A stretch of 63,836 bases of DNA, the filler included, from Octopus bimaculoides (lineage: Eukaryota): the NCBI RefSeq assembly GCF_001194135.2. It is 6 parts of 4 records of this genome, joined end to end, with 100 filler letters (N's around TTAATTAATTAA, not from the genome) between each part and the next. Parts side by side here need not be neighbours in the genome. Positions count along the whole stretch, not along the records: positions 33,418 to 47,352 come from NC_068986.1; positions 47,453 to 53,708 come from NC_068986.1; positions 53,809 to 61,792 come from NC_068981.1; 3 more parts are not named here. The stretch is one strand, 5' to 3'. Position 1 is the first letter of the stretch, and every line of letters begins with the position of its first letter. The translations under genes and the position numbers were made by a program. This document shows positions 41,065-54,145 of this stretch, one piece after another. The notes under the pieces were generated by a model that did not search any database, had not been told where the DNA came from, and was given only the letters and a program-made list of their open reading frames with translations.

Positions 41065-41205
41065 AATAGGAGGTAGAAAAGGAATAAGTAGAAGAGGAAG
41101 GAGAAAAGGAAGGAGGAGAAAAGGGAGGAGGAGAAAAGATAGGAGGAGAAAAGGGAGGTGGAAAAAAGGAAGGAGGAGAAAAGGGAGGAGGAGAAAATGA
41201 AGAGG
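41065..41205. repeat. Purine-rich ~15-bp minisatellite (GGAGGAGAAAAGGRA)n
   Basis: Direct reading; about 9 degenerate units. Confidence 0.8.
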
Positions 41206-41537
41206 AAGCAGAGAGGGGGTGATATCTATCATGGATACAGTGGGCAGGGCTGCATATAGGAAAACGGTTTATCTACCCTTGTACTGGTAAATGGTTCAAT
41301 CAGTACAGGGAGAACTATTGTTACCGAAATTCTTCTGATGGCAGAAAATGTAATTCACAACCAAACGGCATCAGTCGGAGACAACTGAAAGTGAGATATA
41401 TAAGTAGACGTACATTATAAATATCCTCATTATTCAATTCCGGGCAGTTGTCTAGTTATCTAATAGCCTCTTCACATTCAATTGTCGCTGGCTAATACCG
41501 TCTGATGACCAAATATATTTACTCCCATCAGATATAT

Positions 41538-41646
<109 letters not shown>

Positions 41647-43893
41647 CGTGTAGTTATTATTTACTTCTCAGCAGACACTCGACTCAGTGTCCTCATGGAA
41701 ACTTTGGCTGGTAAACAATTTGTTGATGGAATTTAGCTTATGGACTTTGTAAAGAATCGGGTATTTTGGGAATTGTTTTGGGAAACAAGTGTCTGTGCTA
41801 AAGTGTAACCTTATAAACCACGGTGTTACAGTGCAAAATTCTATATATATTAAAAAGATAAAATATGAATACTGATAAGAATTTGTATCGAGTATGTTGG
41901 ATGAAATATGTACCAGACTGAAATATTTTCCGAGCTGTGTAATGTTATAATCGACAAACACCCTTCAAGTCATGGCTTGCATAATTCAATTTATCGACAG
42001 AAAGCAGTGGGAGAGTAAATGGACACACACACACATATACGAGCACACACCACGTACACATATGCGCGCACGCACACATGCATACACCCACACATATGCA
42101 TGCGTCTACTTTCCTGTACCTCTCCCTTTGTACACACACACACACATGTATATATATATATATATATATATTTCCAATAACTAATAATCGGAAGCCGTAC
42201 TTGATTTAAATCTCATCGCTTCTATATGTCATACCCTCCTCTTAAATATGCTCACATTTTCCTCATCCTCCACCTGAAGGCTGCAGCGATAACCTAGTAA
42301 AGAACCGGGGAAATGCTTTTATTATCTGTCAAACATGATATTTGTAATGTTGAGAATCTTCATGGAGCTTCCGCTATAATCAGCAAATGTGTTTCGCCTC
42401 GAGCCAAGATGCTCCTTCGACAGATTCCCTAATGTAGAAACAGGATTAGAGACACCCCCCCCCCATTCTTATTAATATTACATAACAATACATATATTTG
42501 AATAAATCGAATATCTGATTTCACAAAATTCAAAGTTTACACATGTTTAGAAATATTTCGCTCACCTCAAAATATATTTCTATTTACACTTCACTCTTCT
42601 CTCTTCTTCTCTCGCTCTGGCCATTTTTTTGTTTTTCGTTTTTTTATTTTTGTAATTAATGAAATTGTATTCACTAATTACTTTGTGGCGAGTATTCGAT
42701 CGAGGGGTACAATTTCGAAATGAGGGTAAACAAGTTTCAAAGGTTTCAAATTGGCCATCTCAGACACCTAGTTGTAATAACAATATGTCCCCTGAAGCCT
42801 ATAGACTACATTTTATGAGAACGTGTTTTATGTGCCTCCAACTTATTCGTTGGACATTGAAAATAATCGTTGGTCTTTTGTAATAATGCACGAAATATGC
42901 TGTTTGTAACGGGGGAATACAAAGTAGATAATGCTATAAAAATGGCGCGTAAATATTGGGTTTTAATTCATGATTTTTATACTTCCATGCCCTTAGCTAT
43001 AGATTTACTAACTTTGAATTCCACCTTTGAAAACGAAATTATTACACTACTCTTGAAGTTTCTATATTTTTCTACGTAAACAATAACTATTTCCCCCCAT
43101 GAATCCAACTAATTGCTTGCACCAACTGTAATACGAAAGTGAACAATTCTGCGCTATATTTGCAAAAGTCACGTTGCCAAGGTCCTAAATTTCGAAGTAC
43201 TGCCACTACGTTAATAGAGCAGTGCTGTTTTCTTTAAGACAATTTTTTCTCCGTGAAGTAACCCAGTTTATAAAATATGTAGATATCATATTAAGATTGA
43301 TGCCTAAGGTGTCTCAATCGATGTAGTTCTTAGGCCTAGAAGATATTCGATCATGCGCTTCATATATTGCATAGCATACAGTGCTAAACACAATCTCCAA
43401 TTTGTTATCAGGGATTTACCTGATGTGGTTTGTTTTGAAGCCATATAATTCAGTTGATAATATTCAAGACATTACCAGCATGACAAAATGCAAAAATACC
43501 TTTTTGCAAATTATCAATAAATATTTATCATGCAGCAGTGTTTTCTTTACACCAATCAGTGGAAGAAGATTGCTCAATGCTTGCCGTGTCATTTCAATGC
43601 TCAATTTCAGTATTTCCTTTCTATTTATTTTTTCTTGGCGATCAATAAAAATGTTTGCAGAGTTTGATAATTAGCAATTACTACCATAGATATAAAATAA
43701 CAAAAAAGTCAATTTGATACAGTTGAACCCTTTGGATGTAACCATGCTGGTCATTCTACTCAAGATCGTTCTTTGCCATGTGCCAAAGAACGCGGTTTTG
43801 CTTGAATTTTACAAAATATGAGATGAATATTCTACAACCACTTTAAAAAGACAGTATTATATATTACTTTCTGTGCATGCCACTACTTGTTTA

Positions 43894-44109
43894 AGGGAGC
43901 GAGCTGGCAGAAATGTTAGCACGCCGGGCAAAATCCTTAGCGGTATTTCGTCTGTCTTTACATTCTGAGTTTAAATTCCACCGAGGTCGACTTTTCCTTT
44001 CATCCTTTCGGGGTCGATAAATTAAGTACCAGTTGCGTACTGGGTTTTATCTAATCGGCTGTCCCCCTCCCACAAAATTTCAGGCCTTGCGCCTAGAGTA
44101 GATAAGAAT
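43894..44109 (+). mobile_element. tRNA-derived SINE family A (reference copy)
   Basis: Head GAGCTGGCAGAA..GTTAGCACGCCGGG..GAGTTTAAATTCC; core CCTTTCATCCTTTCGGGGTCGATAAATTAAGTACCAG; tail GGCCTTG..AGAGTAGA.AAGAAT. Many copies in this window. Confidence 0.85.
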
Positions 44110-45875
44110 ATTATATATTGCTATGATAGGTACTCCTAAAGTAGAACAATCTTCGTCCTGTATTCTCTTGTCCATGACTGCCCGCGAGTCTCAATAAAAT
44201 AAACTGCATTCTAATCCAAGCCGATATTAGACAATGATGATTGGCGTATGTCATCCATCTTGATAACCACAAGCTTCCTAATCGGAAGATCATATCTTAT
44301 TTTATTTTTCTTACTATAATTATCTTTATGCAATTGGGTTCGAACCATGCTAGCTTCATTTGCCACTACGAAAAATTACGATACGAAATATTTACTTAGA
44401 ATAATAGAAGCTGTTATATCAAGAAAAATCCACGTGTGGTCAGGTGCAATTCTACAAAAATAGTTACTATCATTATTATTGCTATCGGTTTTAGAAAACA
44501 AGTAAACTATATTGATGTGTTTGAATATCATAAGATTAGAAGCACATATATTCTTTGAATTTGAGATACTGAAAAATATATCAGAAGCAATTGACCGATT
44601 GTGCATCTCGTTCGCCTCTCCTAAACTGGGACACACTCGATTTCCATTCCTAACTGATAACAAACAGCGCTCAAAGTATATGTTAAAAAAAACATTTAAA
44701 AAAAGGTCAAATTAAGCTATCACTGCAGAGGAGCGCGTACTTTGCGTATAACATAAATCGCTGATCGTTAAATGCTTTACATACACAGACACGCACATGC
44801 AAGTATATATGTACGGAGGTATGTGTATGTCTATACAAATATTTACACGCCGATCTGGCAGAATAATTAGGCTGCCGGAAAGAAAGTTTTGCCGGATTTG
44901 ACCCGGTTTTCTGCGTTCTGATTTCAAATTATTCCCTGACCAAATGTAAATTACATGATGTAGAGATAAAATTGCAACGTAAGGAGTTGTCAGGACTTTA
45001 AGAACATTATACCGAATATTTTGCAGTATTTATTGTGATATCACTTCGTGAATTACGATCACGCCTTGGCTTCTGTGGTTCATGGATTTAGCATCTTACC
45101 CTGTTAATCCGAACACTAAACAGTGTAGGTAATATTAATGGAGTTCATTCTCTTGCCTTTGTCAGGCGTTAAGTTACCAAAGTGACAATAAGCTTCACTG
45201 TCGTTCCGTGTAATTTCGAAGGCCCTATTAAGAGTCAAACAGATTATCTTATCGCCCGACGGAAAGACAACAAATTAAAAGTACCACATGTGCACACATG
45301 TGTCAATTGTACACATTTACGCATTTATTCATAAATGCATAAAAAATACATTCGTATTTGTGCAGTTGTACTTGGTTAGAGTACATACAACTTAATGAGG
45401 AAGGTGTTTTCCACACGAAAAACGAAATCTTTCGGTGGATGAATTAAGTTAGCAGATAAAACATCCATCCTTATATACCTACATAGGTACGGGTGTCAGC
45501 GAATGTGTTTGTATGAATGTTCGAGTGAATATTAATTTGAAAGAAATACATATATTTAAGTAATCTTATTATTATTTTTTTTTTGAGGTCTTTCACTATT
45601 TTACTTTATTCCGCTGGAAATGTCCCCATGTTGTAACAACTTTTGTACCTGATACTGATGCCTTAATTCTGTTGTATAACTGAAAGTCTTTCTATGTTTA
45701 TAAATTTCTGTTCCACTCATTTTATATTTATTTTCCGTTGCGTTTTAATTTTATATATTTTCTTATTCTCATTGGTCGTCTTTTTTATTCTTCAGTCGAG
45801 TGTCCACGTCTTCTTTATTCTGCATTTTTCTTCCTTTACTACACAGAGCATTTATGCACTCCACCAGCTAATGCC

Positions 45876-45898
45876 GTTATTATTATAATTATTATTAC

Positions 45899-45962
<64 letters not shown>

Positions 45963-46030
45963 GTTGTTGTTGTTGATGTTGATGTGGTTGTTGTTGTTGT
46001 TCTGTTTTTTATATTATTATTATTTTTATT
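45876..46030. repeat. Compound (TAT)n-(GTT)n trinucleotide array
   Basis: Direct reading. Confidence 0.95.
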
Positions 46031-46414
46031 ATTACACACGCAAACGTATGTATGAAAGTGAGAGTGTAGAGAGATTATGTTATATATAAATAAATNNNNN
46101 NNNNNNNNNNNNNNNNNNNNNNNNNNNNNNNNNNNNNNNNNNNNNNNNNNNNNNNNNNNNNNNNNNNNNNNNNNNNNNNNNNNNNNNNNNNNNNNNNNNN
46201 NNNNNNNNNNNNNNNNNNNNNNNNNNNNNNNNNNNNNNNNNNNNNNNNNNNNNNNNNNNNNNNNNNNNNNNNNNNNNNNNNNNNNNNNNNNNNNNNNNNN
46301 NNNNNNNNNNNNNNNNNNNNNNNNNNNNNNNNNNNNNNNNNNNNNNNNNNNNNNNNNNNNNNNNNNNNNNNNNNNNNNNNNNNNNNNNNNNNNNNNNNNN
46401 NNNNNNNNNNNNNN

Positions 46415-46455
<41 letters not shown>

Positions 46456-46827
46456 CATATATTTTCACACACATATATCCGAGAAAACTTTAAGCCATAT
46501 TTTGTAACTCTTTCTGAACTTGAGTCTCTACTTCTGCCTCTGTCTATTTTTCTCGCTTGTTGGATTCTAAGTAATATTAATGTGCATTGTATTGTTTTTA
46601 TATTTTGTTGAAGGAAAGAAAAATATTGGAAATATTTTCATGATGAAAACATTTCCAATGTATTATATGATTTCTTATTAATTAGTTTTCCACAGTCAAA
46701 GAAAAGACGTAAACAAAATTAATTAGATGTAAATTATGCAATTTACGATGTGTTTCACATTCGTTTTATGAATAATGTAATATTATATATGTTATAAATT
46801 TATATATGTGTGTGTGTAAGTGTGTGT

Positions 46828-46892
<65 letters not shown>

Positions 46893-47352
46893 GGGGTATT
46901 TGCTTAGTGAAAAATAATACCAGAAACCAGAAAACAATTTCTTATTTGTGACAAATATATTTTTGTTGCATGAATAATAAGGTAGATCTTGTTGCTACAT
47001 TTAATATTTTTGGGTTATTTGTGTGATCCGCAGCTATGCGATCTATGGTTCGCATGTTCTCAACGTATTACACAAACGTCAGTTTTCATGTCCACTGGTC
47101 CGTCAAAGTCTCAAGGACATGTCGATCTGGGCATGCAGAACAAAATGTAGGTTGATGCTCGCCACTCCAATGTTTCGCATCATCATCAGTGTTGGACAAG
47201 AATAGTCAGTAGTTTGAAAGCAGGCGTTTACAAAATTCTGTCTGTAGATTCTATTATACTGTGAAATATGAAGTTGTTTCGTAACCATTCAATGTACATA
47301 TACATTTTTCTTCATTTAAAGGGACGATCTATATGCGCGTGGGGCGTGGAAG

Positions 47353-47452
47353 NNNNNNNNNNNNNNNNNNNNNNNNNNNNNNNNNNNNNNNNNNNNTTAA
47401 TTAATTAANNNNNNNNNNNNNNNNNNNNNNNNNNNNNNNNNNNNNNNNNNNN
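47353..47452. other. Artificial 100-bp scaffold gap with six-frame-stop linker
   Basis: TTAATTAATTAA at 47397-47408 between N runs. Confidence 0.95.
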
Positions 47453-47530
47453 AGAAGAAGAAGAAGAAGAAGAAGAAGAAGAAGAAGAAGAAGAAGAAGA
47501 AGAAGAAGAAGAAGAAGAAGAAGAAGAAGA
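47453..47530. repeat. (AGA)n microsatellite
   Basis: Direct reading. Confidence 0.95.
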
Positions 47531-49174
47531 GGGGCATCTATTCTTGGAAACTCTCCGAACTAATGGCTTTAGGATTAATTTCCGCTTTTTGTACTGTTCC
47601 TTTTTTTTAGTTTCTTTTCATCTTTAATATATCAATATTTGTGTGTAACAGATTCGGTAGTGCAACGGAAAATCTCCTTACTCAATTTAGGTACGTCTAC
47701 CAATTTTTGGTTCAAACCAAGTTCTAGATTGATTTTGTATTCATTTATTTCGACAACAATAAAACAAAGTACCGACAAGTTCTGGAGAAAGGTTAAAAAT
47801 TGCTTTAACCATCAACCGAAACCCAGGCTACCTGAGCTCCGATAATCGGCAGTGACTTGGTCGGTGAATCCTCTACGGCGGTCAACAATCGACGGCTAGG
47901 CGAGTTGCAACGGATCACACTATCCCAAAGCGTGCATACATGTAACCGGGGACCCCATGTGAACTTGTATTCACAGTGAAATATCGAACCTGAACTCTAC
48001 ACTTCAACAACGAATAACGACTACAGCTGCGGCATCCCCGTTATCCGACGCACTTGCTCTTCTGGGGCATTTGTTGGGCCACAAGCAGAAGCATTTCTCA
48101 ACAACGGCTAACTGACGAATGCAGTCAGCATTTGTGAGAGACGTAGTGAACTTGTTCGGAGTCTACTCAAACCACCTCGGTGACACAAGTAACCCGTTTG
48201 ATCAAAGGGTATTTATTCATTGTTCTTATACGAATTGGTTCTTAAGCATTTGTTCTAGAAGGCGAAGGAGTTGAGAAATATCCCGCTCTAAATGGTCGCG
48301 AGTACAGAATGTCAGCATACCCGGTCAGTGACCACTTGGTGCTGTCAGACACTATTAAAATAGAAGTTTTCGGCACCGTTCTGATGGAACAATGATGGCA
48401 GGAGCACACACGTTATAGAGAACAAATTGGTGAGGCTTCTCTCGGTTTACCTCCGTATCAGCCAATACCGTATGTTGCTAAACTGATGAAGTTATTAAGT
48501 TTCGTTAGTGCAAATCACAAGTCAAGATGGATGACATCTGGAACGCGATCACCAGCATGGAAGCCAGCAGAGCAAGGTACCCCTGAGGAAACGTACAGAG
48601 AAGGAAATGACTGAACCGCCTTCGTTATTTATTACCATCTTTCTAGCTTGCTTCACCCTCTTTTCATCTGACTAGATTGGAGCGTCTGCAATTTCGTTTC
48701 TTTTCTAAAGGGTGCGGTTATTTCTATAGGAATATTTTCTCTTCTATCAATAGTCTTCACTCTCTGCTTCAAAAGTATTACTTAACCGTGACTAGTGATG
48801 CATAAGTTATTCTAGATACAACTGAATGGGAAATGGGAGAAGGCGATGTTTCTCTGGCATATTTATCAGCAGTTTTTTTCTCTTTTACAGAACTACAACT
48901 CTAGGTTAACTAGGGCGCCGAGTATCTATAATGCTCTACAACTCATGGTTCTGTATTAGTATTTCTTGCAGTTATATTGCCGAAGATCTAACGTCAAACC
49001 ATGCAATTGATAGAAGATTAATGGAGCGCACACGCCCTTTCTTTTTTTAGTGAACAAGAAAGCAGTATAGCGATTGGAAACCAGTAAACATTATTATGTC
49101 ACATAAGAGCTAGAATTTAGATGTAGAAACAGTGATATCCTACAGTAGAAGATATATATTTCATATTTAACTTG

Positions 49175-49577
49175 TTTCGAAAATTAGGCTTCGGTCATAC
49201 TGGGGCACACTTTTAAAAGTTTATTTGTACAAATCAATCCTAAAACCTTTTTTAACTCCCGTACCTATTGTAGTATCTTTCACCGAAATGTTAACTTGAG
49301 GGAATTAAGCAAGCCAACACCAGTTCTCAATCGTTGTGGAGATCGACCAACAGAAGCAGAAAGACATACACACGCATTCGCACACATATACACATACACG
49401 CACACATATATATGTACGATGTGTTTCACACAGTTTCCGACCTCCACATTTATTTACATTACCTTTGATCGACCCGGGGTTACAGCTGAAAGCACTTGCC
49501 CAAAGTACTGCACAGTCGGACTGAAACCGGGTCCACGTGGCTGCAAATCCAGCTTCTGAATTGCACAGCTATGCTTG
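49175..49577 (-). mobile_element. SINE family B copy (old, degenerate)
   Basis: Recognisable CACTTGCCCAA..GGACTGAAACCGG head and internal microsatellite; tail heavily diverged. Confidence 0.55.
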
Positions 49578-51207
49578 TCCCTGTTCGGATTTAAAAGCAA
49601 TAAAATACTTCTTCAAAAACCTATTCATATTTACAGAATAACAAAAGCTCCTGAACAAGGTAAACAATGAAAACACAGTCACCTTTTATAGTCTTCTTGT
49701 ACAAATCCATCAGAACAACGTATACGGGCAAATTAATCAGAATGACAAATGATGTCCACAAAAATATTACACGTGAGACAGACTTAGATGTTTCCGCAAG
49801 AAACAACCATCATCCTATTGAATGACCACAGAAAGAATTCTTGCATTATAAATGCCAGATATTTTGGAGTAGTTAGAAAAATAAGAGGTCCACAATCAAA
49901 GAATTGAAATATATGTAAAATTATATAATGAAAGAAAACTCCACTGACAGGACAAAATTCAACACATGTTCTTTTAACTTGGAGTTTAAAAGGGAAAGGT
50001 TTGACAATTCGTACAATTCCTCAGAAAGAAAAAGAAAACAGAGAGAAGATACGTGCAAGAGGAGAGTGTGAAAGAAAGAATGGTTGAAGTAAAAACAAAA
50101 TGTCTTCATATAATCCTTCAAGGCTCCAAAATGTTCTTCTTTAACGAAAATATTCTCTTTTTGTTACATAAATATTTTCTCTTTCCATCGTTCTGCTTTA
50201 TTCTCTCACTTCTCAAATAATAACATCTCTCCTTCATAACCCCGCATAGACTCGTACTAAATTCTCCAGATACCTTTTACTTTCTCTTTCACATCACACT
50301 CACATCCGCTTCCCCAGCTTCCTCTCAGTCCTCGCACACAATATGATGCACATAGAGCGCAACACCCTGCACTCCCATCAATAAACGCGACTACATTTCA
50401 ACACATTCAAATCTTTAAACCCAAATCCCATATACACACGTTTTCTCCCTTACACTCCTATAGCTGCACACATTTCATCCCTCTTCCTTTCTTATAACTC
50501 AACCCTATAGAACCAAATATCCAATTCTGCAGCTTAACAATCTTGCCCGCTTTTCCTCTCTCGAATTTACATTTAATTAACAGTTTCAAGAAATCGGATT
50601 GAGAGAAAATGTCGAAGCCAACATTATGGGATGTAAAGTTTGTAAAGCAATCACATTAAATCTGAATGGTACAATATATGAGCGCCTTCCAGAGCAGGCA
50701 TACACACGCAGTCTCCGACTTCATATATCAACTTATGAAACACCATAGAAGTCACAAGTGGGGGAAGACATAGATTCACCGGCACTGAACGGTGCTCATT
50801 TTCAGCTGAAGCGGTGGGGGCAACGTGACTTTATGTGCCTTTCTCTTTAGATACTCTGCACTACTCAGTGAAATAATATGAAACACGGCTGTAAATATTA
50901 AATATTAGTATCTCTCGCTCTATCTATCTCCTTATTTATCTGTCTATCTGTCTGTCTATCTATATATTTCCCTATCTATCGCTACCGTTCTCTCTTTCTC
51001 TCTCAATGTCTCTGTATACATACATACATACATACATACATACATGCATACATACATGCATACATACATGCATGCATACATACATACATACATGCATTCA
51101 TGCATGCATACATACATACATACATACATACATACATACATACATACATACACACTGCGTCCCACATTATTAGGCATTCTTTTACATCCATTCATTCATA
51201 TAAATAT

Positions 51208-51418
51208 TCTTTTCTACTCTAGACACAAGGCCAGAAATTTTGCGAGAGTGGGCCAGTCGACTAGATCGACCCCAGTGCGCAACTGGTAGTTAATTTATCG
51301 ACCCCGAAAGGATGAAAGGCTAAGTCGATCTCGGCGAAATTTAAACTCAGAACGTAAAGACAGAAGAAATATCGCTAATATACCAGCGTGCTGACGTTTC
51401 TGCCTGCTCGTCGCCTTA
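51208..51418 (-). mobile_element. SINE family A copy nested in the Tc1 left TIR
   Basis: Full reverse-complement match to 43894-44109, interrupting the TIR between its outer and inner direct repeats. Confidence 0.85.
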
Positions 51419-51625
51419 TACACATCGACCTTCTCTCAACAAATAAATGTGCATTCGTTCCAAACCAGTTGTTTTTACGCTGACTGTTGGCAACTCCTAT
51501 CTGCGCACATTCTGTTAAAATAAATCGGATCTGCGCAAACGAAAACAAATAGCGGCCATTATCATGTAGCAGCAACATTTCTGCTGTCCCGAGTTATTAG
51601 GCAGGTGCCCAATTTAAGTGTCATT

Positions 51626-52578
51626 AGGGGTCAGAACCGTGAACTTACCTCGATTGGGAAGTCTACCGTTGTGTAGGAACTCGGAAAATGAAAAACAACC
51701 ATAGAAATATAAAAAATACTGGGAAGAGATCACTGAACGGTGAAGAAATTCGTGCAGTCTCCTATTTCGGATCGGTCAAGGGCAGATAAGAGTAAGTTAA
51801 GGGTTGCTTTGAATCGTTCTGTGTCAGGTGTGACAAGCGAAGGTGTGCGAAACCCATGTCTGACACGTAAAGAAGTCTGCAAACTTTGTGACAGGGACGA
51901 CGTATCGAAAATTACCAGTTGTCGCCTCTTGAAGCAGGTAGCTAGATATGTTAAACCTGTTTCAAGGCCCCCTCTGAAGGTTGTTCATAAGCAGAAGAGA
52001 CACAAATGGGAAACAGAATACATTAAGATAGATTTTTCAAAAATTCTGTTCACTGACGAATGCCGTTCTGCCATTGATGGACCAGATAGCTGGAGTAAAG
52101 TTTGGGTGTCAAACGGCGGGAACCGTCCTCATCGTTTGAGGCGTCAACAGGAGCGAGGTGTGGGTCATGTCTTGGGCTGGCATCCTTGATGGCATGATGT
52201 TTAGATCATGGAAGTCCCAGATGGAATTAAGATGACGTCGAAAACATATCTTACCTTCTTAAAGGCCAATTTCCAGCCGTGTCTCAAAACCAATAACTTT
52301 CACTCATGAGAAAGCTGGTCTTCATGCAAAATAATGCCCCGTCTCATGCAGGTAAGAATTCTAAGGAATACCTTCAGCTTCTCTGTAGGTTGTTTGATGG
52401 TGTGGCCACCTTGTCTCCCTGATAAACCCTATCGAGAACCTGTGAAATGTCCTGTAGAGGCGCGTTTACCAATGCTATTGTAGATGCCGCTGAAAGCATG
52501 ACACAAGAAGGTATCGTCACCTTGTTAAATTCAATGGATCAGCAGGTAAGGAAGATTTTTGCATGTGGAAGATCATAG
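51626..52578 (+). pseudogene. Tc1 DD34E transposase pseudogene
   Basis: RGQNRELT...KILGRDH*TVKKFV...DFSKILFTDE...DGPDSW...RRQQ / VMSWAGI / FMQNNAPSH / WPPCLPD-NPIENL*. ATG appears mutated to AGG; several stops and frameshifts. Confidence 0.9.
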
Positions 52579-52971
52579 AGACAACATTAGGACATCATAA
52601 TTGCATGATTATTTCCATTTATGTTTACCATTAAGTCCTTTATGAATATTCTTTTGTTAAACCTTTACTGTTGAATTAAATAAATGGTTGTTCTGACACA
52701 ATTATCATTTCTATTATACTTGCCTAATACTTTGTGACAGGGAAAATGTTGTGCAGTCACAAAAATGGGCGCCATTTGTTGGCGTCTGGGCAGATCCGGT
52801 TTATTTTAACAGAAGGTGCGCAGATAGGTGTCGGCAACAGTCAGTGGGAAAAACAACGAGATTTGAACGAATATACATTTATTTATTGAGAGAAAATAGA
52901 TTTGCCTAATAATGTGGGACGCAGTGTACATATGTGTGTACGTATGAATATATACAGATATATACGTGTTT

Positions 52972-53010
<39 letters not shown>

Positions 53011-53087
53011 TACATATATATATATATATACATACATATCTATATATTTATATATATATATATATATAAGATATACGTATGTGTAAT

Positions 53088-53128
<41 letters not shown>

Positions 53129-53540
53129 GTATCTATTGTACGGCCTTCTCCATTAGATTTCGTAGTATATACACTTTTTTACGGCGTATGGTATTTTCAT
53201 TGTGCTAGATACGAGTGATATTATCTTCCACTCCATTACAAATAAAACACGGTATTGTCCTACTCTTTGTCACATAAAATACACGCGTATAAAAGACAAC
53301 GAATAAACATCTGAGACAATGGTAAATATATAGAAATACAATTAAAAGAATGGGTGAGAACAGAATCTGGTTTTATACGACTGATTGATGATACACCGTT
53401 ATGTATTAGCTGAAGTGGATATTGTCTACCTTCAAATTTTGATACTTGCATCATATATTTATATTGATATAAATATAGAAAATATGTGTAGAAACGTATA
53501 CTCAGATTTATGTATATTTGTATATTCGTATATATCAAAA

Positions 53541-53615
53541 CTATCTATCTATTTATCTATCTATCTGTCTGTTTGTCTATCTACCTGTCTGTCAATCTAT
53601 ATCTAACTGTCTGCA

Positions 53616-53679
<64 letters not shown>

Positions 53680-53706
53680 AATCTATCTAACTATCTATCT
53701 ATCTAT
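53541..53706. repeat. Interrupted (TATC)n array
   Basis: Direct reading. Confidence 0.9.
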
Positions 53707-53708
53707 AT

Positions 53709-53808
53709 NNNNNNNNNNNNNNNNNNNNNNNNNNNNNNNNNNNNNNNNNNNNTTAATTAATTAANNNNNNNNNNNNNNNNNNNNNNNNNNNNNNNNNNNN
53801 NNNNNNNN
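53709..53808. other. Artificial 100-bp scaffold gap with six-frame-stop linker
   Basis: TTAATTAATTAA at 53753-64 between N runs. Confidence 0.95.
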
Positions 53809-54145
53809 AGCCCTGTCTACCTCCTTGTTCCACCACCACGTTACTCTGGGTTGGGAGGGGACCTTACACCACCCACAAATCTGGTCGGTGGCTTTCAACA
53901 GGTTGTCCCGCAGAAATCTCCAATTGTCTTCCACGTTGTATGATGCTATATCCCCTTCTATTTCGTCAAATGCTTCGAGTAACTTGTCTCTAAGTCTCTG
54001 TCCATTCGCAGGGTCTTTAAGCTTCCACACCCTTCTTCTCCAAGCCTGTCTAATTCTGGGCACCCATTTTGCCTTGATCCCAAAGTCGCTAACTACTAAT
54101 CTATGTTGTGGGGTACATTCTTCGCCAGGGTAGGTTTTGGCATTT
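53809..54145 (-). mobile_element. RTE/BovB-clade LINE fragment (end of APE endonuclease plus linker)
   Basis: Open frame NAKTYPGEECTPQHRLVVSDF...RRRVWKLKDP...VEDNWRFLRDNLLKATDQICGW..RVTWWWNKEVDRA. Confidence 0.8.

Larger units (their letters stand above)
51153..52926 (+). mobile_element. Full-length decayed Tc1 transposon of IR-DR type (long TIRs), with a SINE inserted in the left TIR
   Basis: Left end CACTGCGTCCCACATTATTAGGCA (51153) is the reverse complement of the right end TGCCTAATAATGTGGGACGCAGTG|TA (52903-52928). 51430-51604 mirrors 52720-52900, giving ~205 bp TIRs. A TTATTAGGCA-type direct repeat lies at both ends of each TIR. The element encloses a transposase pseudogene. Confidence 0.9.

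Noticed and set aside
47160-47195. Minus-strand CTGATGA-TGATGC-GAAAC hammerhead-like core
   Set aside because: No stem II closing pair and no complementary stem III/NUH site found.
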